Shown piece after piece: positions 1-9,306 of a stretch of 63,472 nucleotides of DNA. The DNA lies in assembly GCA_964436955.1 (NCBI GenBank), contig CAYTFC010000007.1, positions 1-63,472 on the forward strand, written 5' to 3'. This DNA is from an uncultured bacterium (GTDB lineage: Bacteria; Chlamydiota; Chlamydiia; Chlamydiales; JAJFMA01). Under the pieces are notes generated by a model. The model searched no databases, was not told where the DNA came from, and saw only the letters and a list, made by a program, of their open reading frames with translations. Both the position numbers and the translations under genes were made by a program. Numbering within the stretch: the stretch's first letter is position 1; each line of letters starts with the position of its first letter.

Positions 1-1
1 T

Positions 2-52
2 CTGATATATCGTTACGAGCGCTAGATGAAGTTTTGGTAGCAATCAGGGTCT
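2..52. repeat. Terminal copy of a dispersed repeat; inverted partner at 63422..63472. Shorter core copies at 20174..20201 (+) and 55355..55370 (-)
   Basis: The reverse complement of 63422..63472 equals 2..52 except for 2 mismatches (cgTtaCgag vs cgCtaTgag). The shared core is GGTAGCAATCAGGGTC. Confidence 0.9.
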
Positions 53-59
53 AAGCGTC

Positions 60-726
60 TCTGGGTGTTGATCCCCACTAATCATCCCAATAACATCCTC
101 ATCATGCCCGCGCCCACATCCATTACCCATAAGTTAATTGTTCTCGCTCCCTATCCTTCTCTGCGTTAAAAATTATTCAAACCAAAATCATGCAAAAACA
201 GTGTGTATTTTTTTTGAACGCAGAGGCGGAGAGACGGGGAGACGCAGAGGAGGACGAGGAATATATAAAATTTAAGACTTATGGATAATAGAATGCACGC
301 CCATGCCAAAATTAGCTTAAAACCCGACTTGCTACCTACATCCTAGCTCCGGCTCACCCCTTTATTCGAAATATTATGGCTGGTAATGAAGCCAAGCCTG
401 TCCTTGGCAAGTTACCAGACAAGATAGATCGGGTGAATGAGTGAGCCAGAGCTAGAGCGAGTTACAAACAATATTCACCGAGAAAATTGAAAAAAAACAC
501 TATTTCAAAAGTTTTACCTCTAGTTTGTCGCGCTAGAACAGGCCTATTCTTCCCAATTGAAAAGTCGCGCCACTCGGCCAAGTCTCGACTTGGCCTTCGA
601 TGCGCAACGTTTCACTACGAAAGAACGGCTGTGTTCAAGCACGATGTAGGTGGCAAGTCGGGTTTAAACGCGTATAGGCGCGGTCACGATGAAGATGTTA
701 TTGGGATGAGGGGATCGGGGTCCCGA
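60..726. repeat. Non-coding mosaic of nested imperfect inverted repeats
   Basis: Arm pairs read directly: 70..114/677..716, 317..342/643..668, 344..358/441..455, 143..167/217..258. Sub-motifs recur at 11875..11940, 29290..29330 and 41241..41415. Confidence 0.8.
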
Positions 727-2361
727 TTACTGGCGCTGCTGCTTCTCAGCATGGCGCTGCTCCTGCCCCAAACGACCAAGTTCATACCCATCATAATCAA
801 CGAACTTAAAGAATCGCTCGAACGCCGGCACTGCATTGCAAACCAGCTTTGCCATTTCTTGCGCAAGGTGTCGATAAGTGGGATGTCCGGCTGACTGAGA
901 TCGTAGCTCACACATCCACTGCAAAGCCCGCAGGTTAATGTGGAAATACCAACGGATGTTATACGCCATTGGCACCGCATACTGCGCTTCATCAGGAAGC
1001 TCTGTTGCAATAGCATCATACACTTCTTTGGCTCGACAGAGGGCTTCATAATAGTCAGACTCAATCTCCGTGCCTATAATCTCTTGTGGCACCCAGAAGC
1101 CATAATTGCAAGTCAAGCGCTGACGCTCTTGCGTTAGCATGCGGTGACGATGCAAATCTCGGTAAACACCAAAGTCAGCCAAAATTTCGAACGTAAACTC
1201 AGCGTGCTCAAGGGCGCGCGGTGACTTGTGCCTGCGATTGTCTCGGGAGCTACATGCCGCATCTAGGATAGTGGCAAGCTCTTCTTCCGTGAGATTCTTG
1301 CAATGTGCGCGTAAGTCACCCAAGCTCTTATGAGATTCGGCAAATAATAAGGCCGCCGCCACCTTACACACAGCATTGGAATCGTGATCAATGAGCTGCA
1401 CGCCAACATGCGGGGCGGAAGATGTGAATTCAGTATTTTGCTCGGTCAATAATTTGAGTTGAGCAGAAGTAGCCTCAACATATTGCTCGTAACTTTGGTG
1501 CGTGCGATGCGCAGGATCCGATCGTCTAACAAAAGATGGAATGACAAGCGAAAGTTCTTCATGAGCACGCTTACCGATGTCTTGCAGCTCCGCTAAATCA
1601 TCGCAATGCAGTTTGTGCAGCAGCGATTCATAAAAACGTCCATTGCCAAACATTCCCATATTGGTAAGGGTGGACGCTGGTAGTAGGCCACGCAAGCAGT
1701 CCAAAACCTTCGCACGAAGTGCGGAGTTATAGGCGACCTTAGAGATCTCTGCTTCCTTAGGAAAGCGAGCTTCCATAATCGCAGTCATGGGAGGAATGAG
1801 CTTGCTGTACGTTTCAAACAGCATGTTGCATGTTTGCTCATATATATCTCTGAAGGCAGATGTCATCAGGATAGGCTCGCGGTAGAAGAGATACTCGCCC
1901 TTCACCTTTTGGTCAAAATAGATATAACGTGTCGACTTTTCCAAAGGAGAGCCACCAATACGAGCATCTTCGATGATCTTCGCAGCCAGCATGGAAACAT
2001 TTTCAATAGCCAAATGCGCGCCACCGAGCTCACCGATCGAATCGTCACCATAACCGTCTAATATACGATCATAGAAATTCTGGGCCTTTTGAATGGCTAA
2101 GACTTGCGCTTCGGAATTCTCATTGCCTTCAATAAAAGGTCCCGCAATCGCCTCAAAACCTGTTTCATCGTTATTGGTGATGAACTCCTTGAGAAGCAAG
2201 GCCCGCAACCCTAAATTCGAGCGCGAATAGCGCGAGAAAAGTGCCCCTTTGATAACCTCTGGCAAGTTCCGCAAAGCGAAGATATGCCCGCGGGTATTGG
2301 TCACAAAGCGTTCTAGGGTCTTAATTTGGCTTTCAGTAAATTCTTCATAATCGTCAAGCAT
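727..2361 (-). CDS. thyX: Flavin-dependent thymidylate synthase ThyX, long chlamydial-type form
   Basis: 544-aa ORF with a YRDLHRHRMLTQERQ (RHR) ThyX signature. The length fits the about 530-aa chlamydial ThyX. An AGGAAA SD lies upstream of the ATG. Confidence 0.75.
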   Translation of the reverse strand: MLDDYEEFTESQIKTLERFVTNTRGHIFALRNLPEVIKGALFSRYSRSNLGLRALLLKEFITNNDETGFEAIAGPFIEGNENSEAQVLAIQKAQNFYDRILDGYGDDSIGELGGAHLAIENVSMLAAKIIEDARIGGSPLEKSTRYIYFDQKVKGEYLFYREPILMTSAFRDIYEQTCNMLFETYSKLIPPMTAIMEARFPKEAEISKVAYNSALRAKVLDCLRGLLPASTLTNMGMFGNGRFYESLLHKLHCDDLAELQDIGKRAHEELSLVIPSFVRRSDPAHRTHQSYEQYVEATSAQLKLLTEQNTEFTSSAPHVGVQLIDHDSNAVCKVAAALLFAESHKSLGDLRAHCKNLTEEELATILDAACSSRDNRRHKSPRALEHAEFTFEILADFGVYRDLHRHRMLTQERQRLTCNYGFWVPQEIIGTEIESDYYEALCRAKEVYDAIATELPDEAQYAVPMAYNIRWYFHINLRALQWMCELRSQSAGHPTYRHLAQEMAKLVCNAVPAFERFFKFVDYDGYELGRLGQEQRHAEKQQRQ

Positions 2362-2437
2362 GGGCCGTCTGATTTCCTAGTCTTAAGTCGTTTTTTTGGA
2401 AGAGTACCAGAAAGGGTGCCATAGACGCTAGGTGCTT

Positions 2438-3328
2438 TCAAGCAAAAAAAGAAAAATACGCATTGTGAATAACCTGCCATCGCACGGATTGATTGGCACT
2501 TTCTCTAGCAAATTCAAGAAGTTCCTCAGCACTTTTGCGACTGATATGTTCAATCTCAGAATCTGTCAGTCGGTAAATCACTGCGTCCGCAAATTGTGAG
2601 TTTTTTAGCGTATCACATAGTTTCTTACGACAAGACTTAAAGGTGCGATGACGCCACACTAAACGAATGAGCAAGTAGCAAATGTATGCCAACGGCAAGA
2701 GCTTCCAAGTTTGAGCAGAAATAAGGGTTTGTGGACTTCCTTGGGTCATTGCTACAAGATCTACGGCTAGACAAAGCAAAAATAATCCCATGAGAATCAG
2801 GGTTTCGTACGAATTTTGGAAAAGGGGTCCGAAAAAGCGACGAAACGTTGAGGGGGATGAGCGATAGGCCAGGATTTCTTCGTAACGTGGCTCTTGATAT
2901 GCCATGCGTCCAACGTGACTATATTCATGCGCCATGAGTTCATCGCGGCGGTATCCGAGGAAGCAATCTTGCCGAGCAAAATTTCGTCGCAATTGCAGAA
3001 CTGCCAGTGGAGGACTTTCACGTTTCATTTGAAAGATCCACGCGCAACCGCCGTGCCAAGGCATAAGTTGACGATTGCTGAAGAAAATAGGTACCCAGCT
3101 GGGCTTAATATCATAGAGAGTTTGTGTGGTGGAAAACGCCTCCTGTTCGACAAGTTCGGAGCCAAGCTCATCTTGCACGAATGGGGTGTTGTCTTTGAGT
3201 TCAGTAATAATCGTTTGTTTGAGCCGCAAACAGCGATTGGCGCGATCTAGAAAGGTAGGTTCGTCCTCATCGGGACCAGGAATAAGGCCTTGGCGATTGA
3301 AATCTATCAGTTGGTCGGTCATCATCAT
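2438..3328 (-). CDS. Membrane-anchored protein with an HExxH motif (putative zinc metallopeptidase)
   Basis: 296-aa ORF. It has an HEYSH motif (MAHEYSHVGRM) followed by two closely spaced hydrophobic segments (LILMGLFLLCLAVDLVAM ... WKLLPLAYICYLLIRLVW). Confidence 0.45.
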   Translation of the reverse strand: MMMTDQLIDFNRQGLIPGPDEDEPTFLDRANRCLRLKQTIITELKDNTPFVQDELGSELVEQEAFSTTQTLYDIKPSWVPIFFSNRQLMPWHGGCAWIFQMKRESPPLAVLQLRRNFARQDCFLGYRRDELMAHEYSHVGRMAYQEPRYEEILAYRSSPSTFRRFFGPLFQNSYETLILMGLFLLCLAVDLVAMTQGSPQTLISAQTWKLLPLAYICYLLIRLVWRHRTFKSCRKKLCDTLKNSQFADAVIYRLTDSEIEHISRKSAEELLEFARESANQSVRWQVIHNAYFSFFA

Positions 3329-3383
3329 GCCCTAAGAACTTAGCGAAGTACAAAAATAATTGCTAGAACAGAGATTCAATGGC

Positions 3384-4868
3384 TTAATGATAGACGCGGC
3401 GCTGCTGGGCGTTGCCAAGGCCTAGCTCGCCACGGTATTTGGCAATAGTGCGTCTCGCACATTGAATGCCTTGCTTCAACATCAGCTTAGAAATGGCTTC
3501 ATCTGAAAGTGGGCGATGTTTGTCCTCTACTTCCAAAAGTTTACGCAAAAGGTCTCTAGCTGTATTGGAGGATACCTCGTCTCCTTTTTCAGACACTAAC
3601 GCACTCGTAAAGAAAGAGCGCAAGGGGACTATACCTTTTGAACAATTCAAATATTTATTAGATACAGCACGTGCAATAGTGGATTCGTGCAGTTCTAGCT
3701 CATCTGCCAACACCTTCATTGTCAGTGGAACCATCTTGCCATCTGGCCTGAGAAAAAAATCTGCCTGCCTTACGGCTAGACTTTGTGCAATTCGTGTCAC
3801 TGTGTCATTCCGCTGATCAATGGTACGCATTAGCCACTTTGCAGATGCGATCTTCTCTTTAATGAATTCCGCAGTTTCAGAAGATACAGTTGGGTCGTCC
3901 AACATGCGTAGATAACGTCGGTTCAGCCTAAAACGCGGAATGGGTTCCTCGTTAGTTTCTACAATAAGCTTCTCGCCTTCTTTACGGATGGTGACGTCCG
4001 GTACAATATGCTGCACCGGACCGCGACCAAAGAGAGCTCCAGGGTGGAGGTCCAGCTTAAGAATATCCTTACTTATGGCTCGTGAGATATCGTCGCTCGT
4101 GCTGCCTAAACACTTCGCTATGTGTGGTATGCGATTATGCAGGAGATCATCATAACATTGTTCAATGATGGTGTAGGCTAGGGTCTTCTGCTTCCGTTGT
4201 GCTCGTAATTGGATTAAGAGAGAATCTTGCATGTTAAATGCACCGACGCCAGTTGGATCAAATGCTTGGATCTGCTTTAGAACTCTTTGTAGGTTCGTTT
4301 CGTTGTACCCGTACAAAGTTACAATCTCCTGCAATGGTGTGCCTAAATAGCCATTGGCATCCAAAAATCCGATCAAGGTCTCGGCCATTTCGAGATCAAT
4401 TCCCACCCCAAAGCTCTCGCGTGCTTGTGACATAAGGTGCTCAAAAAGTGACTCTTCCTCACAAATCGCGCTTTCTAAAAAGGACCGTCTCTTCTCATCT
4501 TCTGCCGTACGTGTGATGGAATAGTTCTCGCTTTCGGCAAAGTGGTCACGAAAATCATCGTCCAGTTGCCGGAGTACTTCAAAATTTTGATCTTCAAAAC
4601 GCATCTCTTCCATTTCTGATGTGGGCGCTTCATAGTCATCATCGAATTCATTATTGGCAAGGCTTTGCGCGTCATCAACATCATCTTGAGCGTATTCCAG
4701 AATAGGATTCAGCTCCATTTCAGCTTCGACAATCGTCGAAAGCTCCATTACAGAAACCTGCAATAATTGTATGGCTTGCTGCATCTGTGGCAACATGATT
4801 AGGCGTTGTGTTTGCTTTTGACTCTGTGCGTCTTTGGGATCTATTCTCATCGAGACTTGGTGTGCCAT
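3384..4868 (-). CDS. rpoN: RNA polymerase sigma-54 factor
   Basis: 494 aa with a Q-rich N-terminus (LIMLPQMQQAIQLLQ), a C-terminal HTH and an RpoN box (ARRTIAKYR). GGGAGG SD upstream. Confidence 0.9.
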   Translation of the reverse strand: MAHQVSMRIDPKDAQSQKQTQRLIMLPQMQQAIQLLQVSVMELSTIVEAEMELNPILEYAQDDVDDAQSLANNEFDDDYEAPTSEMEEMRFEDQNFEVLRQLDDDFRDHFAESENYSITRTAEDEKRRSFLESAICEEESLFEHLMSQARESFGVGIDLEMAETLIGFLDANGYLGTPLQEIVTLYGYNETNLQRVLKQIQAFDPTGVGAFNMQDSLLIQLRAQRKQKTLAYTIIEQCYDDLLHNRIPHIAKCLGSTSDDISRAISKDILKLDLHPGALFGRGPVQHIVPDVTIRKEGEKLIVETNEEPIPRFRLNRRYLRMLDDPTVSSETAEFIKEKIASAKWLMRTIDQRNDTVTRIAQSLAVRQADFFLRPDGKMVPLTMKVLADELELHESTIARAVSNKYLNCSKGIVPLRSFFTSALVSEKGDEVSSNTARDLLRKLLEVEDKHRPLSDEAISKLMLKQGIQCARRTIAKYRGELGLGNAQQRRVYH

Positions 4869-4980
4869 GATGCGAGCCTCCCTATTTCTTACTAACCTTA
4901 CTATACCGAAAAAAAGATTTTATATTTTTTCTTTCGATGAATTCCTATGCAGACTAGAGTGAGGTTAGAGGTAATGCATT

Positions 4981-7062
4981 ATGTCTATCACCACAGCTAG
5001 CCCCGAAACCAAGGCTAAAGCGGCTTTAACCGGCAGCAAATCAAAGCCCGCAATTTTGCTGGTGGACGATGATCTGCTAACACTTAAGGCGTTAGAAAAA
5101 ACGCTGCACGATGTACGTTTTGATGTCATGGTAGCCCCTAACGGAATGGAGGCATTAAAGCTGATGAGACAGCAGTCATTTGCTGTCATTATTTGCGATC
5201 AACGCATGCCGGGCATTACCGGCGCGGAAGTTTTGCGCGAAGCCATTAATCTTCAAAGTCATGCTATTCGCATTCTACTTACAGGCAGCGGCGACCTTAA
5301 TACTGTGGTCGAGGCCATTAACGTAGGTCAAGCCTCACAGTTTATCCTTAAACCGTGGGATAATGCGGCTCTGCGCCAAACAGTCACAAGTTGCGTAGAA
5401 AAGCATCTCCTTATCAAGGAAAACGATAGCCTTCACCAGCTTACTGCTTCTCAGCATGAGCAGCTTGCGGCAACCCATGACACACTTAAACGAGAGCTAC
5501 AACTTGGTGCGCGTATTCATCAAGTAATGCTCCTTGGTAAGGTGCCTAACGATGTGCCGGGTCTATCCATAGCAGCCACCACGATTCCCTCAAGGGATAT
5601 CGATGGCGATTTTATTGACTTCTTCCGTCCGCTACCACAACTCTTTGATATTGTTATTGGCGATGTCATGGGCAAAGGCCTTCCAGCTGCATTGGTTGGC
5701 ACGGCTGTAAAAACGCAGCTCACACGTTTTGCTGTCCCCTTCAATCGATTACAAGTGTTTGATAAACACGGCATTTGGCGCGATGACATTTTTTCTCCGC
5801 AGGAAATCATGACGCGCGTGCAAAAAGAGGTGGCTATACCGCTCATTGATTTAGAATACTTTGCGAGTCTGTTTTATGGTAGATTCGATCTCAAGCAAAC
5901 AACGCTCACCTATATCGACTGCGGATCCTCCAAACCCTTGCACTATCACGCCTCACAAAAGCGGGTGACAGAACTTCGCGGTGACAATTTCCCCCTTGGC
6001 GTTCTTCCTAGTGAAACCCTGACTTCGCAAACAACGCGCTTTGAGAAAGAGGACATTTTCGTATTCTATTCAGATGGGGTCACCGAGGCACGCTCTCCAA
6101 GCAACGAATTGTTCGGAACAAATAGACTAAAGGCTTTGGTTGAACACAATCATCACCTCTCAGCCCAAGATCTTCTAGATACCATCAAGCGCGCGGTAGT
6201 TGTCTTCGCCGAAAAGGAACATTTCGACGATGATGTGACAATTATCGTTGTGCGAATTGACCAAACGCTTATTCCCGAGTTCGCTAAGCAGGCAACCGCC
6301 AAATTTAGCAGTGAGCTTTCACAAGTGCGGACTGTCCGAGAATTTGTACGCAAAATGTGCCTGCAAGCGCCTGGAGACGCCGACAGATTGTTTGAGGAGC
6401 TCCAGCTTGCAATCAACGAGGCATTTTGCAATATTGTGGTTCATGGCTACAAGCGTACTCGGGGTGAAATTCGCCTCAGCGGCGAGCTAGTAGACGATGG
6501 AATCATCTTTGAACTGAGCGACCAAGGCGCCATCTTCGATCCTTCTGCAGTAGCAGATCCTAGTTTTTTGGGCGATCGCGATAATGGCTTTGGCTGGTTC
6601 ATTGTAAAGGAAATTGCCGACCGGGTCATCTACGCCCACAAAGAGTCGGAAAAGGGGTGGAACCATCTAAAGATCTTTAAGAAATATCATTTGGAAGGGG
6701 CAAAGATGGATATATCTCACGACAGCAAAGAAGGGATTTTGGTAGTTACCTTGGAAGGAGAGCATCTCGATGCACGAGAGACGCCCCTCTTCAAACAAAA
6801 GGTAAATGATCTGCTAGAAACCGAAAGTTGCAGCCGTGCTGTGTTTGATCTGCACCGTTTGCAGTTCATCGACAGCTCTGGCTTGGGAGCATTCCTCTCT
6901 ATCCTAAAGACCTTGCACAGCAAGGGAGGCGACCTCAAGCTTGCAGGCATGAACCGTACCATTCGTACCATGTTCGAACTGGTGTGTATGCATAAGATCT
7001 TTGAGATCTTTAACTCTCCAGACGAAGCCTTACGTTCATTCGAGATCTCCAGACCGCATTGA
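4981..7062 (+). CDS. Four-domain fusion protein: receiver (REC), PP2C/SpoIIE phosphatase, RsbW-like HATPase kinase and STAS anti-sigma antagonist
   Basis: REC: ILLVDDD ... IICDQRMPG ... ILKPW. PP2C: DGDFIDF, GDVMGKGLPAAL, YSDGVTEA, DDVTIIVV. HATPase: AINEAFCNIVVHGY, DQGAIFDP, GFGWFIVKEIAD. STAS: FIDSSGLGAFLSILK. Confidence 0.8.
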   Translation: MSITTASPETKAKAALTGSKSKPAILLVDDDLLTLKALEKTLHDVRFDVMVAPNGMEALKLMRQQSFAVIICDQRMPGITGAEVLREAINLQSHAIRILLTGSGDLNTVVEAINVGQASQFILKPWDNAALRQTVTSCVEKHLLIKENDSLHQLTASQHEQLAATHDTLKRELQLGARIHQVMLLGKVPNDVPGLSIAATTIPSRDIDGDFIDFFRPLPQLFDIVIGDVMGKGLPAALVGTAVKTQLTRFAVPFNRLQVFDKHGIWRDDIFSPQEIMTRVQKEVAIPLIDLEYFASLFYGRFDLKQTTLTYIDCGSSKPLHYHASQKRVTELRGDNFPLGVLPSETLTSQTTRFEKEDIFVFYSDGVTEARSPSNELFGTNRLKALVEHNHHLSAQDLLDTIKRAVVVFAEKEHFDDDVTIIVVRIDQTLIPEFAKQATAKFSSELSQVRTVREFVRKMCLQAPGDADRLFEELQLAINEAFCNIVVHGYKRTRGEIRLSGELVDDGIIFELSDQGAIFDPSAVADPSFLGDRDNGFGWFIVKEIADRVIYAHKESEKGWNHLKIFKKYHLEGAKMDISHDSKEGILVVTLEGEHLDARETPLFKQKVNDLLETESCSRAVFDLHRLQFIDSSGLGAFLSILKTLHSKGGDLKLAGMNRTIRTMFELVCMHKIFEIFNSPDEALRSFEISRPH

Positions 7063-7093
7063 TCGCCTTACGGTGATCGGGAGATAACCTGCA

Positions 7094-7837
7094 ATGAAAA
7101 TGCGTACACCACTCACCGGTAATGCCCGACAACAACTCATTGCAGAGCTGCATCGCCGCTATGCTCACGCACCCACCAAAGGCCTACGTTGGAAATATCT
7201 TCGCAAATACTACGGCTGGATTGCCGTTGTCACTGGGGCTAAAGTACTCAAGCGCGTGGTTGATGTCATAGGATCTATCATGCTCCTTATTGGCTTAAGT
7301 CCCCTGCTACTATTCATCGCCGGACTTATAAAGCTAACAGATAATGGCCCAGTATTCTATGTCTCCACCCGAGTAGGACGCTGGGGACGCGAATTTGCCT
7401 GTCCCAAATTTCGTTCTATGTACGTGGGTGCAGATAAGGCTAAGGCTAAGCTAGAAGCAAATCAGGACCATAAGAATAGCGTGACATTCAAAATGAAGAA
7501 CGACCCTCGCATTACTTGGATAGGGGCCATTCTGCGCAAAACAAGCATGGATGAGCTGCCCCAGCTATGGTCTGTCTTAAAGGGCGAAATGTCGTTGGTG
7601 GGACCACGGCCTCCGCTCCCCAGCGAGGTAGAAAAATACACGCTCGATGAGCGTCGACGACTTGACATAGTCCCTGGCCTCACGTGCATATGGCAAGTCA
7701 GCGGACGCTCAGATATACCGTTTGATCAACAGGTGAAATTGGACCTTCAGTACATTCAGAGTCAAAGTTTTTGGGTAGATTTTAAGATACTTGTGCGAAC
7801 TATTCCCGCTGTATTTCTTGGTAGAGGGGCTTATTGA
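7094..7837 (+). CDS. Bacterial sugar transferase (undecaprenyl-phosphate sugar phosphotransferase, small WbaP/EpsL type)
   Basis: 247 aa with one TM, then CPKFRSMY and [38 protein letters not shown] signatures. Confidence 0.85.
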   Translation: MKMRTPLTGNARQQLIAELHRRYAHAPTKGLRWKYLRKYYGWIAVVTGAKVLKRVVDVIGSIMLLIGLSPLLLFIAGLIKLTDNGPVFYVSTRVGRWGREFACPKFRSMYVGADKAKAKLEANQDHKNSVTFKMKNDPRITWIGAILRKTSMDELPQLWSVLKGEMSLVGPRPPLPSEVEKYTLDERRRLDIVPGLTCIWQVSGRSDIPFDQQVKLDLQYIQSQSFWVDFKILVRTIPAVFLGRGAY

Positions 7838-7838
7838 A

Positions 7839-9293
7839 GTGAAAGTTGTCCTAAACGCAACAGGATATAGCTCTTCATTGATTCCATTGGTCCATCGAAG
7901 GCCGACGCCACTCTTTCGCGTGGTTGACAAGCCGATTATTATTCACGTGATCGAATTTCTCGTTCAAAACGGTTTCACCAAGATTGAGCTGGTATTAAGC
8001 CACCTTCCAGAGATGATAGAAGGAATCTTGGAAGATGGGACGCGTTGGGGCGCAAAAATCACCTACCACCTCAGCCGTGATCCTAATAAGCCCTTTAACG
8101 TCTTGGGACCAGTAGCAAAAGGGTGGAAAGACCATTATATCCTGATTGGGCGCGCGGATGTTCTTCCTAACTTCGACCCACAAAAGCTTAAGACCCCTGG
8201 ACAAGGCAAACCAACCATGCTTTATGGGCCAGATGGCAATTGGACTGGATGGGGAATTGTCTCAACCGAGGGCTTGGCAGCCATGCCCTTTGATGCACCA
8301 TACGAAGCGCTGCCAGAGCATTTAGGAGAGCATAATCATCAATCCACCAAAGAGCCAATCCTTGCCGTTCAGAACTTCGGAGGATGGCAGCGCTCCAATA
8401 ACGAACTCCTGCGGCGGAAGATGTCTAGTGCCTCCTTTCCCTCCAGCGCACGAATGGTAGAGCCAGGAATATGGCTATCGCGAGCGACCACAATCCATCC
8501 TAGATCAGTGATTATTCCCCCTGTATTTATTGGAGATAACTGTCAGGTACTTGAAGGTGCAAGTATTGGACCAAACGCCATTGTGGAAAATCACTGCATC
8601 ATCGATAGGCTTTCGCTGGTAGAAAACTCTATTGTCTGCCAAGAAAGCTATGTTGGCCGCAGCTTAGAGATTCGAGATAGCATCGTTGATAGGAATACAT
8701 TGGTAAATCTATCGCTTGAAACATCGGTGTTGATTCGAGATGATTTCATCTTAGCACACTTACGCCCTCCGCCATTTAGTCAGCAACTCTTCAATGTAAC
8801 GGAACGTATTTTAGCCGGACTGTTATTGCTAGTATTAGCACCTCTACTGCTGCCATTAAGTGTGATATGGGGAATTCATTACTCTCAAGTCTTAAAGCTG
8901 CCTATTGAGCGAGAAAACGAGATTTGGCCCACATTTTTGCTGTATACGTTTACTAGGCCAAAGGGATGGCTTTCATCACGTTTATGGAAGCGCCTTCAGA
9001 ACTTACCAGCGTTGGTGAATATCGTGAAAGGAGAGCTTCATTTTGTGGGAGTTCCTCCTATGACCTCTGCCCAGCTAGAGCGTCAGCTCCCGGACTGGCA
9101 AAGCTTATACCGTAAAACCAAAGTAGGTTTGGTAACTTTGGCAGACGTCGATTATGCCGAATATCCCTCAGATTCTGAACGTTTTGCATCAGAAACATAC
9201 TATGCAGCGCATCAACGCGTCCGCTTTGATTTGCATGTTCTTGCCCGCTGGATCCTTCGAAAGGTCTTCGGTCGCGGCAAGGCAGAAGGGTGA
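7839..9293 (+). CDS. Fusion of a nucleotidyltransferase-like domain, a left-handed beta-helix and a degenerate sugar-transferase-like domain
   Basis: The preferred start is the in-frame GTG at 7839, just after the upstream stop at 7835..7837. The N-terminus resembles an NTP-transferase fold but has LNATGYSSSL instead of a G-rich loop. Hexapeptide-like repeats lie around residues 240-300. A TM segment (ILAGLLLLVLAPLLLPL) is followed by LPALVNIVKGELHFVGVPP. Confidence 0.55.
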   Translation: MKVVLNATGYSSSLIPLVHRRPTPLFRVVDKPIIIHVIEFLVQNGFTKIELVLSHLPEMIEGILEDGTRWGAKITYHLSRDPNKPFNVLGPVAKGWKDHYILIGRADVLPNFDPQKLKTPGQGKPTMLYGPDGNWTGWGIVSTEGLAAMPFDAPYEALPEHLGEHNHQSTKEPILAVQNFGGWQRSNNELLRRKMSSASFPSSARMVEPGIWLSRATTIHPRSVIIPPVFIGDNCQVLEGASIGPNAIVENHCIIDRLSLVENSIVCQESYVGRSLEIRDSIVDRNTLVNLSLETSVLIRDDFILAHLRPPPFSQQLFNVTERILAGLLLLVLAPLLLPLSVIWGIHYSQVLKLPIERENEIWPTFLLYTFTRPKGWLSSRLWKRLQNLPALVNIVKGELHFVGVPPMTSAQLERQLPDWQSLYRKTKVGLVTLADVDYAEYPSDSERFASETYYAAHQRVRFDLHVLARWILRKVFGRGKAEG

Positions 9294-9306
9294 TATCAGA
9301 TTTAGA

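Noticed and set aside
487-1064. ORFs 487..894 (+) and 684..1064 (-) at the left end
   Set aside because: The first runs through the arms of the nested inverted repeats and into the antisense of the thyX 3' end. The second is out of frame inside thyX. Neither has an SD or a recognisable motif, so I treat them as spurious.
5520-6971. Antisense and out-of-frame ORFs of 60-120 aa inside long genes (for example 5520..5846 and 6717..6971, and many in secDF, Rhs and ntt)
   Set aside because: They are embedded in genes with strong motif support on the other frame, and they have no motifs or SD sequences of their own.
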